DNA of 64,000 nt from Labilithrix sp. (GTDB taxonomy: Bacteria; Myxococcota_A; Polyangia; Polyangiales; Polyangiaceae): assembly GCA_019637155.1 (NCBI GenBank), contig JAHBWE010000017.1:147627-211626 (forward strand), written 5' to 3'. The notes under the pieces were generated by a model. It was not told the origin of the DNA and did no database searches. It saw only the letters and a program-made list of their open reading frames with translations. This document shows positions 28,688 through 37,327 of this stretch, in pieces. Position 1 is the stretch's first letter. Every line of letters begins with the position of its first letter. The translations under genes and the position numbers were made by a program.

Positions 28688-29175
28688 GCCTTCTCCAGCT
28701 CCGCGATGTCGAGCTTCTTCATCTTCAGCATCGCCTCCATCGCGCGCTCCGTCTTCTCGGAGACGCCCTCGCTCCACATGTCGTCCATCATGCGGGGGAC
28801 GATCTGCCACGAGAGCCCGAACTTGTCCTTGAGCCAGCCGCACTGCTGCGCCTTCGGGTCGCCGCCGGCGCCGAGCTTCTCCCAGAAGCGATCGATCTCC
28901 GCCTGCGAGTCGCACATCACCTGGAGCGACACCGCCTCGTTGAACTTGAAGTGCGGGCCGCCGTTGAGCGCGGTCAGCGGCTGGCCCTCGAGCTCGAAGA
29001 CGACCGTCATCACGCTGCCTTCCGCGCGGCCGTGGACGTCCTGCCCCGCCTTGCCGTAGCGGGTCACCTGGACGATGCGCGAGCCCTTCTCGAAGACGCC
29101 GACGTAGAACTTCGCCGCCTCCTCCGCCTGAGTGTCGAACCACAAGCACGGGACGATTTTTTGGAGCGTTGCCAT
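28669..29175 (-). CDS. VOC/glyoxalase-fold protein (PhnB / 3-demethylubiquinone-9 3-methyltransferase-like domain)
   Basis: MATLQKIVPCLWFDTQAEEAAKFYVGVF...GWLKDKFGLSWQIVP is a typical PhnB-like signature. Confidence 0.8.
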   Translation of the reverse strand: MATLQKIVPCLWFDTQAEEAAKFYVGVFEKGSRIVQVTRYGKAGQDVHGRAEGSVMTVVFELEGQPLTALNGGPHFKFNEAVSLQVMCDSQAEIDRFWEKLGAGGDPKAQQCGWLKDKFGLSWQIVPRMMDDMWSEGVSEKTERAMEAMLKMKKLDIAELEKAYNGTT

Positions 29176-29217
29176 GCGCGGGATGATGCATCACCCGCGC
29201 CCGTCGCGCGAACGAGC

Positions 29218-29928
29218 TCAGTCGAGCCCCTTCTTTCCGACCGACCAGTACGCCTTCGTCTTGCCCGCGCGGAGCGAGCCGCTCGCCTTCAAGCGCGCGC
29301 GGAGGAGCTGGATCGCCTGCGCCTTGCCCGTGAGCGCGAGCGACGCGCGCGTGTCCTTCGCGAGCTCCTCGGCGATGCGCGCCGCGACGTCGGGGAGGTG
29401 CGCGTCCGCCGCGCCGCGCGCGACGACGGTCGCGCCGCCGAGGCCGATCGCGTCGAGCGCGCTCTTCGCCGCCGCCTCGTCGTCGACCTCGAACACGCAC
29501 GTCGCGCGCCGCGCGTCGTGGAGCGCGCGGCCGGCCGCGAACGACGTCTCGTCACCGAAGAGGACGACCGGCTCGCTCAGCTCCGGGAAGCGGATCGAGC
29601 TCCGCGGCCCGAAGAAGCTCACTTCGTCGCCGGCGCGGAGCCCCGCCGCCCACGCCGCCCCCGGCGTCGTCGTCGAGTGGACGTAGAGGAGGAAGCTCGT
29701 CTCGCCGCGCTCCTTGTCCCAGCGGAGCGGGGTGTACGTGCGCATCCCGCGGCCCGGCAGGTACACCTGGACCTTGTCGCCCGGCGTCCACGCCACGCCG
29801 CGGAGCGCGTCGCCGGCGAGCTCGGCGATGCGCAGGCGCGGGCCCACGTCGCGCACGGACGCGACGCGGGCTTCGGTGAAGATGAAGCGGCCCACCACCG
29901 CCCCGAAGATCGACTTCGCGGATGCCAC
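29218..29928 (-). CDS. Siderophore-interacting protein (FAD-binding_9/SIP family)
   Basis: RIAELAG...WTPGDKVQVYLPGRGMRTYTPLRWD...FLLYVHSTTTPGAAWAAGLRAGDEVSFFGP. I chose the in-frame GTG at 29928, just after the stop of the Cys-rich ORF, as the start. Confidence 0.7.
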   Translation of the reverse strand: MASAKSIFGAVVGRFIFTEARVASVRDVGPRLRIAELAGDALRGVAWTPGDKVQVYLPGRGMRTYTPLRWDKERGETSFLLYVHSTTTPGAAWAAGLRAGDEVSFFGPRSSIRFPELSEPVVLFGDETSFAAGRALHDARRATCVFEVDDEAAAKSALDAIGLGGATVVARGAADAHLPDVAARIAEELAKDTRASLALTGKAQAIQLLRARLKASGSLRAGKTKAYWSVGKKGLD

Positions 29929-29948
29929 GAGGGCTTCGATGCCGGAGC

Positions 29949-30098
29949 TCAGCCCTCCGTCGCGCACCCACAATCCGCGCACGTGCACGGATCGCACTCG
30001 CAGGTCTCCCCGCAGCGGCACGCCTCGCCGCAGCCGCAGTCCGCCACGTCACAACAGCCCTTCTTCTCGTCCTGGTTCATCGCGTCTCTCTGGCTCAT
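29949..30098 (-). CDS. Metallothionein-like Cys-rich small protein (49 aa, 12 Cys)
   Basis: MSQRDAMNQDEKKGCCDVADCGCGEACRCGETCECDPCTCADCGCATEG. AAGGAG lies 10 nt upstream of the ATG at 30098. Local GC is lower than the surroundings. The gene sits between SanA and SIP on the same strand. Confidence 0.6.
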   Translation of the reverse strand: MSQRDAMNQDEKKGCCDVADCGCGEACRCGETCECDPCTCADCGCATEG

Positions 30099-30173
30099 CG
30101 AGCGCCAGCTCCTTCGAACCTGCAGACGCACGGACCGCAGCGCGATTACAGCGCGCGGTCGATTTCTTCCGGC

Positions 30174-30839
30174 TCAGCCCGCGGTGACGCGACCGTCCCC
30201 GCCGAGGTCGATCGGCGCGCCGCCGTGGCGCGGCACGCGGCGCCTCGTGACGTCGACGAACGCCTTCGTCCGCGAGACGACCTCACGCGCGTGGAGCCAC
30301 GCGATGCCGCGGTAGAGATGGCGATCGGAGGCCGCTCCTTCCGCCTCCATCCCGAGCGCGCGACTGCACCAGACCGCACGCGAGAGGTGGAACTGCTGCG
30401 TGACGACGATGAGCTTGCGCGCCCCGAACACGTGCTTCGCGCGCCAGACCGAGCTGTACGTGTCGAGGCCGGCGTGGTCCATGAAGATGTCGGCCGGCGG
30501 GACGCCCTTCGCCTCGAGGTAGCGCCGCATCGCGTTCGGCTCGTCGTACACCGCGGTCCGGTGATCGCCGCTGACCAGGATCTTCCGCACGCGACCCGCG
30601 CGATAGAGCGCGAGCGACTCGTCCAACCGATCGCGCAGCACGTCCGACGGTCTCCCGTCCCGCACCGCCGCGCCGAGCACGAGCGCGATCTCTACGTCAG
30701 GGGTTTCGCCCCAGACACGGCCCGCCCGCTTCTGGGGCCCCTCGGTCCTGCCGCCGGTGAGGACGATGAGGTTCGTGGCGAGGACGGCGGCCGCTACGAG
30801 GAGGATGGCGGTATAGAGACGGCGGGAGCGCACGACCAT
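30174..30839 (-). CDS. SanA/YdcF (DUF218) family protein
   Basis: N-terminal TM helix, then DVEIALVLGAAVRDGRPSDVLRDRLDESLALYRAGRVRKILVSGDHR, a typical DUF218 signature. Confidence 0.8.
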   Translation of the reverse strand: MVVRSRRLYTAILLVAAAVLATNLIVLTGGRTEGPQKRAGRVWGETPDVEIALVLGAAVRDGRPSDVLRDRLDESLALYRAGRVRKILVSGDHRTAVYDEPNAMRRYLEAKGVPPADIFMDHAGLDTYSSVWRAKHVFGARKLIVVTQQFHLSRAVWCSRALGMEAEGAASDRHLYRGIAWLHAREVVSRTKAFVDVTRRRVPRHGGAPIDLGGDGRVTAG

Positions 30840-30921
30840 AGTCTACGTCTACGACCGGCACGGCGGGGTGATTCCCGGCGAAGGACGCACACGGATTTCA
30901 CGAAATGATACATTCTCCAGA

Positions 30922-31803
30922 ATGAAGAGGCGCACGCGAGCGTCGGTCGTCTGCGAGGCGGAGGGGCACCTCCTCCTCGTGCGGCTCCGCGACCCGACCA
31001 CCGGCGTCGAGAGCTGGTTCCCGCCCGGCGGCGGCGTGGAGGAGGACGAGCGCCCGGCCGAGACCGCGCGCCGCGAGACGCTCGAGGAGACGGGCGTCGC
31101 GGTGCACGTGCAGTCGCACCTCGTGCTCGTCGATCGCTATCCGTTCCGCTGGGACGGCGTCGACTACGACTGCGTCACGCACTACTTCGCGGCCGAGCTC
31201 GAGGGCGCGTTCGATCCCGACCTCGCGCCGGTGAGGGACGCGCCGTATCACCGCGGCGCGAAGTGGCTCCCGAGCGCGGAGGGCCTCGCCGAGCTCGCGG
31301 TGAACCCGCGCATCGGCGCCGCGGTGAGCCGCGTCCTCGGCCGCGCGCGCCGCACGCGGTGGCGGGCGCAAGGCGCGCTCGAGGGCCCCGCGGGGATGCT
31401 CCTCACGCTCCACGATCACTTCCGCGTCGCGACCGAGCGCCTCCGCTTCATGTTCGAGCGCGAGCCCGACGTGCCGCTCGGCTGGGTCGGCCGCGCGTTC
31501 GCGCCGATCGCGGAGATGCTGCACCATCACCATCACGCGGAGGAGCAGATGCTCTTCCCCTTCGTCGAGCGCCGCACCGGGAGCGCGCCGGAGAAGCTCG
31601 TCCTCGATCACGGCGAGCTGACCGCCGCGATCGACGCGGTGAACGACGCGCTCCGCCCCGAGACCGCGCGCGAAGACGCCGCCGCCGCGCTCGCGCGCTT
31701 CGAGGACGTGCTCGTCGATCACCTCGATCGCGAGGAGGGCCTCGTCGTCCCGGTCCTGCTCGAGCTCGCGCCGGCGGAGGCGTGGGCGCTCATTCACGCG
31801 TAG
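30922..31803 (+). CDS. NUDIX hydrolase fused to a C-terminal hemerythrin-like HHE cation-binding domain
   Basis: Nudix box: GGGVEEDERPAETARRETLEETGV. C-terminal hemerythrin motifs: H..HF, EMLHHHHHAEEQMLFP, LDHGEL, HLDREE. A low-GC divergent promoter region lies upstream. I trimmed the start to the ATG at 30922. Confidence 0.8.
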   Translation: MKRRTRASVVCEAEGHLLLVRLRDPTTGVESWFPPGGGVEEDERPAETARRETLEETGVAVHVQSHLVLVDRYPFRWDGVDYDCVTHYFAAELEGAFDPDLAPVRDAPYHRGAKWLPSAEGLAELAVNPRIGAAVSRVLGRARRTRWRAQGALEGPAGMLLTLHDHFRVATERLRFMFEREPDVPLGWVGRAFAPIAEMLHHHHHAEEQMLFPFVERRTGSAPEKLVLDHGELTAAIDAVNDALRPETAREDAAAALARFEDVLVDHLDREEGLVVPVLLELAPAEAWALIHA

Positions 31804-31848
31804 CGCGACGTCCACGCCGGTGGCACTCCGCGTGCACCGCCCGCGATC

Positions 31849-32445
31849 ATGAACGACGTCCTTCGCCGAGCGTTGACCGGCGCCGCCGCGGGGATCCTCG
31901 CGACCGGCGTGATGACCCTCGAATTTGCGGTCGCGAAGGCGACCGGCCTCCTCGGCGAGCCGCCGCCGAAGAAGCTCACGCGTCGCATTCTGACCCTCGT
32001 GGGGCATCGTCCTCGCGGCGCCGAGCTGCAGCTCGCCACCGCGGCCGCGCACGTCGGGTACGGCGCTGCGGCCGGCGCGCTGTTCGGGTTGCTCCCGCGC
32101 CCCGCGCGGAGCGTGGGCGGCGGCGTGCTCTACGGTCTCGCGATCTGGGCGGTGAGCTACGCCGGTTGGATCCCGAAGCTCCACCTCATGCGCCCGCCGT
32201 CACGCGACCGCTTCGGACGGCCGACCTCGATGGCCCTCGCGCACGTCGTCTACGGCGCGTCGCTCGCCACGGCGCTCCAGAAGCTTCGTGCCTCGAAGCT
32301 TCAAGGGAACGCGACCGAGCCGTTCGCGCGGAACGTGTCCGTGCCTTCCTCCGCCGACAAGGCCGTCACCGTCGCGCCGACGCCGACGGTGCCCGCGGTG
32401 AACGGCAGCCCATCGCCGTCCATCAGCCGGTCGGGTGAGCGGTGA
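31849..32445 (+). CDS. Hypothetical membrane protein (Gly/Ala-rich TM helices)
   Basis: High GC3; hydrophobic helices such as AAAGILATGVMTLEF and YGLAIWAVSYAGW. Confidence 0.55.
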   Translation: MNDVLRRALTGAAAGILATGVMTLEFAVAKATGLLGEPPPKKLTRRILTLVGHRPRGAELQLATAAAHVGYGAAAGALFGLLPRPARSVGGGVLYGLAIWAVSYAGWIPKLHLMRPPSRDRFGRPTSMALAHVVYGASLATALQKLRASKLQGNATEPFARNVSVPSSADKAVTVAPTPTVPAVNGSPSPSISRSGER

Positions 32446-32482
32446 AACGTTTCGGATCAATGCGCCCTATGCTGCGCGACCT

Positions 32483-32986
32483 TCAGCGCTCTTCGGTCTC
32501 CACCGTGACGGTCACCGTCTCGCGGTTGCAGAATGCAGGTATTTCGATCGCGTCGCTCTCGGTGTGGATCTCCCAGCGCGCGTCGTCGGTGCGGTAGGCC
32601 TCGCCGACCGCGACGCGATCGCGGAAGAGGAGGCACGCGGTCGTCTGCGCGACCTCCGAGACCGTGACGCCGTTTCGCTGCGCGATCTCGGTGTAGAGCG
32701 CGCGGCGCTGGATGTTGATGTGCGAGACGCGGGCGGAGAGATCGCGCGGCGCCTTCTTCGCGCCCTTCGCGTCGCCGGTGACGATGCCGAGGTAGCCCGT
32801 CGCCTCCTCGCCCGCGAGGCGATCGCGGCGCGCTTGATCGACGACCGCGTCGCGGCGCGTGCTCGACGCCGGCGCCGTCTGCGCGCTCTCGGTCTCGCCC
32901 ATCTCCTCTTCTTCCATCGCCTCGGCGGCGCAGCCGACCGTGAGGACCATCGGGAGGACAAACAAGAGGAGGGAGCGAGCGGTCAT
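32483..32986 (-). CDS. YdbL (DUF1318) family lipoprotein
   Basis: Lipobox: PMVLTVGC. GYLG...VSHINIQRRALYTEIAQRNGVTVSEVAQ matches the DUF1318 core. Confidence 0.75.
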   Translation of the reverse strand: MTARSLLLFVLPMVLTVGCAAEAMEEEEMGETESAQTAPASSTRRDAVVDQARRDRLAGEEATGYLGIVTGDAKGAKKAPRDLSARVSHINIQRRALYTEIAQRNGVTVSEVAQTTACLLFRDRVAVGEAYRTDDARWEIHTESDAIEIPAFCNRETVTVTVETEER

Positions 32987-33086
32987 GACTTACACTGGAG
33001 CACATGGTGGGCCAGCGACGGCGAGGCTGTAATTTCCTGAAATCACTGTACTCAGTGGCCGCATCTACGCGAAATCCCTGGAGCGG

Positions 33087-34055
33087 ATGATCCATCCTTC
33101 GACTATGCCGGAGCCCATGGGAACGGTCCTCGTCACCGGCTCGGCCGGGCACCTCGGTGAGGCGCTCGTCCGCAGCCTACGCGCCGCGGGGCGGGAGGTG
33201 CGCGGGCTCGATCGGCTCGCGTCGGCGTTCACGGACGTCGTCGGATCGATCGACGACGAGGCCCTCGTCGCGTCGGCGATGGACGGCGTCGACGCCGTTC
33301 TACACGCGGCGACGTTGCACAAGCCGCACGTCGCGACGCGCTCGGCGCGCGACTTCATCGCCGTCAACGTGAGCGGGACGCAGACGCTGCTCGAGGCCGC
33401 CGTCCGCGCCGGCGTGCGCGCGTTCGTGTACACGAGCACGACGAGCACCTTCGGCGACGCGCTCGTTCCCGCCGCGGGCGAGCCGGCGGCGTGGATCACG
33501 GAGGAGACGCGGCTCGTCCCGAAGAACATCTACGGCGTCACGAAGGCGGCGGCGGAGGACCTCTGCGCGCTCGCGCATCGCAACCAGAAGCTCGCCTGCC
33601 TCGTCTTGCGGACGTCGCGCTTCTTCCCCGAGGACGACGACGACGCGGCCGCCGCCGCCGCGTACGCGGGTGAGAACTTGAAGACGAACGAGCTCCTCCA
33701 TCGCCGCGCCGACGTCGAGGACATCGTCGACGCGCACCTCCGCGCGCTCGAGCGGGCGCCGCGGATCGGCTTCGCGCGCTACATCGTCAGCGCGACGACG
33801 CCCTTCCGCCGCGAGGACTGCGCGCTGCTCCGCCGCGACGCTCCCGCCGCGCTCGACGCTCGCGTCCCCGAGTGGCGCGCGGTCTACGCCGCGCGGAAAT
33901 GGACGATGAACCCGACCTTGGACCGCATCTACGACAACGCGAAGGCGCGGGCAGAGCTCGGCTGGGAGCCACGCTGGGACTTCACGCGCGCCCTCCGCGA
34001 GACGTTCCCGAGCGACCTCGCCCGCGCGATCGGCAGCAAAGGCTACGACCGATGA
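33087..34055 (+). CDS. NAD-dependent epimerase/dehydratase family (extended SDR)
   Basis: VLVTGSAGHLG is the Rossmann motif and YGVTKAAAE the YxxxK motif. The alternative start is the ATG at 33117. Confidence 0.85.
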   Translation: MIHPSTMPEPMGTVLVTGSAGHLGEALVRSLRAAGREVRGLDRLASAFTDVVGSIDDEALVASAMDGVDAVLHAATLHKPHVATRSARDFIAVNVSGTQTLLEAAVRAGVRAFVYTSTTSTFGDALVPAAGEPAAWITEETRLVPKNIYGVTKAAAEDLCALAHRNQKLACLVLRTSRFFPEDDDDAAAAAAYAGENLKTNELLHRRADVEDIVDAHLRALERAPRIGFARYIVSATTPFRREDCALLRRDAPAALDARVPEWRAVYAARKWTMNPTLDRIYDNAKARAELGWEPRWDFTRALRETFPSDLARAIGSKGYDR

Positions 34056-34462
34056 CGGAGCAGAAGCTCGGACCCGACTTCACGCCCTTCCAGGCGATCG
34101 GCCCCGAGGCCGCCGCCGCGCTCGCGAAGCGCTTCTACGATCACATGGACGCGCACGAGCCCGCGCTCGTCGCGGTGCACCGTCGCGACGAGAGCGGCGC
34201 GCGCGTCGCCCCGATCGTCCGCGAGCGCTTCACGCTCTTCCTCCTCGAGTGGCTCGGCGGACCGCGCGACTACTCGACCGCGCACGGCCACCCGCGGCTC
34301 CGCATGCGGCACGGGCACGTCCCGATCGGCGTGGAGCTCCGCGACGCGTGGCTCCGCTGCATGAACGCGGCGCTCGACGATCCGAGCATCCCGCCCGACG
34401 TCCGCGGCTTCCTCGAGCGCCGCTTCGCCGAGGTCGCAGACTTCCTGCGAAACACGGGCTGA
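34052..34462 (+). CDS. Group 2 truncated haemoglobin (trHbO-like)
   Basis: The ATG overlaps the epimerase stop (ATGA). FYDHMDAHEP...LFLLEWLGGPRDY...HGHPRLRMRHGHVPIG...WLRCMNAAL is a 2/2 globin signature. Confidence 0.8.
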   Translation: MTEQKLGPDFTPFQAIGPEAAAALAKRFYDHMDAHEPALVAVHRRDESGARVAPIVRERFTLFLLEWLGGPRDYSTAHGHPRLRMRHGHVPIGVELRDAWLRCMNAALDDPSIPPDVRGFLERRFAEVADFLRNTG

Positions 34463-34481
34463 TTCGCGGCCATCTCCCGCT

Positions 34482-34522
34482 CGCCCTTGACAGGCGCGCC
34501 ATCACGTAACATTTAAAGTTAC
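34482..34522 (+). promoter_or_regulatory. Putative promoter plus palindromic operator upstream of the Rrf2 gene
   Basis: TTGACA -35-like hexamer, followed by the near-palindrome GTAACATTTAAAGTTAC (GTAAC-N7-GTTAC) ending 2 nt before the Rrf2 ATG. Local AT content is raised. Confidence 0.35.
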
Positions 34523-34960
34523 ATGAAGCGAGACAGCCGGCTCTCCGTCGCGCTGCACATCCTCATCCACCTCGGGGACGCGGAGAGCCCGATCACGTCG
34601 GAGGTGTTCGCGCGGCAGGCGGAGAGCAACGCCGTCGTGATGCGGCGCACGATGGCGGGGCTTCGCCGCGCCGGCATCGTGCGCTCGGAGAAGGGGCACG
34701 GCGGAGGCTGGACGCTCGCGCGACCGCTCGACGAGATCACGCTCGGCGACGTCTACGCCGCGCTCGGCACCCCGACCGTGTTCGCGCTCGGCGTCCGCGA
34801 CGAGAGCCCCGGCTGCCTCGTCGAGCGGGCGGTGAACGACGCCGTCGGCGCCGCGCTCGCCGACGCGGAGGCGCTCCTCATGAAACGACTCCACACCCTC
34901 ACCCTCGCGAAGCTCGCCCGCAGCGTCCGCGGGACCGGCACGAAGAGAAAGCACAGGTGA
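34523..34960 (+). CDS. Rrf2 family transcriptional regulator
   Basis: MKRDSRLSVALHILIHLG...SEVFARQAESNAVVMRRTMAGLRRAGIVRSEKGHGGGWTLARP is a classic Rrf2 wHTH N-terminus. Confidence 0.85.
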   Translation: MKRDSRLSVALHILIHLGDAESPITSEVFARQAESNAVVMRRTMAGLRRAGIVRSEKGHGGGWTLARPLDEITLGDVYAALGTPTVFALGVRDESPGCLVERAVNDAVGAALADAEALLMKRLHTLTLAKLARSVRGTGTKRKHR

Positions 34961-34964
34961 TTCG

Positions 34965-35846
34965 ATGTTCGACGTACTGATCGTGGGGGGAAGCTACGCA
35001 GGCATGTCGGCGGCGCTCCAGCTCGGGCGCGCGCGGCGGAAGGTGCTCGTCGTCGACGCGGGCGTGCGCCGCAACCGCTTCGCCGCCCACGCGCACGGGC
35101 TCCTCGGACGCGACGGCGTCGAGCCCGCCGTCCTCGCGGCGCAGGGTCGCCGCGACGTCGAGGCGTACCCGACCGTGACGTGGCTCGAGGGCGAGGCTGC
35201 GTCCGCGCGCAAGACGAGCGACGGCTTCGCGCTCCGCCTCGCCTCCGGCGAAGAGCATCATGGTCGTCTCGTCGTGCTCGCGCTCGGCGTCACCGACGAG
35301 CTGCCCGACCTCCCCGGCCTCCGCGAGCGCTGGGGCAAGAGCGTCTTTCACTGTCCGTATTGCCACGGCTACGAGCTCGGGATGGGGAAGCTCGGCTGCC
35401 TCGCGACGTCGCCGATGTCGATCCACCAGGCGGCGATGCTGCCCGACTGGGGCGAGACCACGTACTTCACGAACGGCGCGCACGAGCCAGCGCCGGAGGA
35501 GCTCGCGCTGCTCGAGCGACGCGGCGTGCACGTCGAGCGCGAGCCGGTCGCGAAGGTGGGCGGCGCGATCGACGTGACGCTCGCGAGCGGCCGCACGCTC
35601 TCGTTCGCCGGCCTCTTCGCCGCGTCGCAGACGCGCCCTTCGTCTCCGCTCGCGGAGGAGCTCGGCTGCGAGCTCGAGCAAGGTCCGATGGGTCCGTTCA
35701 TCAAGACGGACGCGATGAAGGAGACCACCGTGCCCGGCGTCTTCGCCTGCGGCGACGCCGCGATCGCGGCCGGCGCGGTGCCCTTCGCGATCGGCGACGG
35801 CTTCCGCGCCGGGACCGCGGCCCATCGCTCCTTGATGTTCGGCTGA
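34965..35846 (+). CDS. FAD/NAD(P)-dependent oxidoreductase (thioredoxin-reductase-like, CPYC redox motif)
   Basis: FDVLIVGGSYAGMSAALQL is the FAD-binding GxGxxG motif; HCPYCHGYE is the redox disulfide; GDAA lies at the C-terminus. Confidence 0.8.
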   Translation: MFDVLIVGGSYAGMSAALQLGRARRKVLVVDAGVRRNRFAAHAHGLLGRDGVEPAVLAAQGRRDVEAYPTVTWLEGEAASARKTSDGFALRLASGEEHHGRLVVLALGVTDELPDLPGLRERWGKSVFHCPYCHGYELGMGKLGCLATSPMSIHQAAMLPDWGETTYFTNGAHEPAPEELALLERRGVHVEREPVAKVGGAIDVTLASGRTLSFAGLFAASQTRPSSPLAEELGCELEQGPMGPFIKTDAMKETTVPGVFACGDAAIAAGAVPFAIGDGFRAGTAAHRSLMFG

Positions 35847-35893
35847 CGTTCGCGCGCACCGGCCCCGGCGTTCGTGGTTCCATGACGTGAGGC

Positions 35894-37321
35894 GTGACCG
35901 GCCTCCTCCTCCGCGATTTCACCTGCGCGGTCTGCGGTGCGCCGCGGCAGACGACGGAGCGCGCGGTCGTCGTGCTCTGCCGTCATTGCGGCGCGGTCCT
36001 CGCGTTCGCCGGCGACGGCTGGACGGAGACCGCGCTCGCCGAGCGTCACGCCGCCGGTCTCCGGCAGATCGTGAAGCCGACCGCCGCAGAGGCGCGCCTC
36101 ACTGCGCTGATGCTCGAGATGCCGGCGGCGACCGGCGATCGCGAACGCTGGCGCCTCGCGTGCGAGGAGCAGATCCTCCTCATGGCGATCGTGTACCCGG
36201 AGCACGGCGTACCGATCCCGACCGATCCAGAGGCCCGCGCGCGACACGTACGCGAGGCGGTCGCGATGAGCGAGATCGCGACCTTCGATCCGGAGGTCGG
36301 TCGCCGGCTCGGCGCCTACAGCGCCGCCGCGGTGACGCTCACGCAGGGGGATCCCGTCGCCGCGGCGCGCGCGATGCTCGCCGCCGCGCGCGGCTACTAC
36401 GACGCGCTCCTCGCGCATCCCGGCGCTCCGCCCGGCGCGCTCCGCGAGGGCGCGGCGCACCACGCGCGCGAGATGGTGCGCGCGGCGATCGGCGGCTACG
36501 CGTCCCTCCTCGGCGTCCGCGCGGTGGAGCGCATTCGCGTCGAGGTCCTCGCCGACGCCGCCGTCGACGTCGACGTCGACGTCGCGGCGTGTCCGAAGTG
36601 CGGGGGGCCGCTCGATCCGCCGAGCGAGGGCCTCGCGCGCTGTCGCCACTGCGGCGCGGTCACGAGCGTCTCGCGCGACGACGCGTGGACCACCGCGCAG
36701 CTGGCGCTCTGGGGCATCGCGCGCGCCGAGCTCGTTCGGCGCGACGACCTCGACGGGCCGGCGCCGGTCCTCGCCGCGATGGGCGGCTTCCTCTGGACGA
36801 GCGCGCGTACGGTGCCCCCCGCGAGCGCCGCAGAGCTCCTCCGCCGCGCGATCCCGTGGGTCACGCACGCACAGCTCATGAACGGCTTCGATCTCCTCTC
36901 TCACGCCGTGAACGACGAGCAGCGCGCGCTCCTCGACGCGCTCCGCATCGAGCTCGCGGACTGGACGCCCGATCCGGCGGCCCGACCTCTGCCGCACGTG
37001 CCTGTCACCGACTTCGCGCCTCCGACGCCGGCGGACGAGGCCGCCTGGATCGAGTCGGCGCTCGCGCTCTATCGCCGTCGCGGCGGTCCGCTCCTCGAGC
37101 TGCTCGGCCAGTGCCTCTCCGCGATGCAGGTCGCCGCCGTCCACGAGACCGCGGTCGGGCTCTCCCCGCGCGCGGCGATGGAGCTCTTCGAGCGCGCCCG
37201 CCCCGGCTACGACAAGGCCGCGATGCGCGCGGAGCTCGAGAAGCTCATCCCCGGCTACGACCTCCCGCGCGTCCGCGCGTTCACGACCGCGCTCGCGGAC
37301 TTGCTCTCGCGCGAGCGCTGA
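35894..37321 (+). CDS. Hypothetical protein with two zinc-ribbon-like CxxC-x(n)-CxxC motifs
   Basis: GTG start. CAVCGAP...CRHCGAV and CPKCGGPL...CRHCGAV, with an Ala/Leu-rich helical remainder. Confidence 0.55.
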   Translation: MTGLLLRDFTCAVCGAPRQTTERAVVVLCRHCGAVLAFAGDGWTETALAERHAAGLRQIVKPTAAEARLTALMLEMPAATGDRERWRLACEEQILLMAIVYPEHGVPIPTDPEARARHVREAVAMSEIATFDPEVGRRLGAYSAAAVTLTQGDPVAAARAMLAAARGYYDALLAHPGAPPGALREGAAHHAREMVRAAIGGYASLLGVRAVERIRVEVLADAAVDVDVDVAACPKCGGPLDPPSEGLARCRHCGAVTSVSRDDAWTTAQLALWGIARAELVRRDDLDGPAPVLAAMGGFLWTSARTVPPASAAELLRRAIPWVTHAQLMNGFDLLSHAVNDEQRALLDALRIELADWTPDPAARPLPHVPVTDFAPPTPADEAAWIESALALYRRRGGPLLELLGQCLSAMQVAAVHETAVGLSPRAAMELFERARPGYDKAAMRAELEKLIPGYDLPRVRAFTTALADLLSRER

Positions 37322-37327
37322 CGCCTA

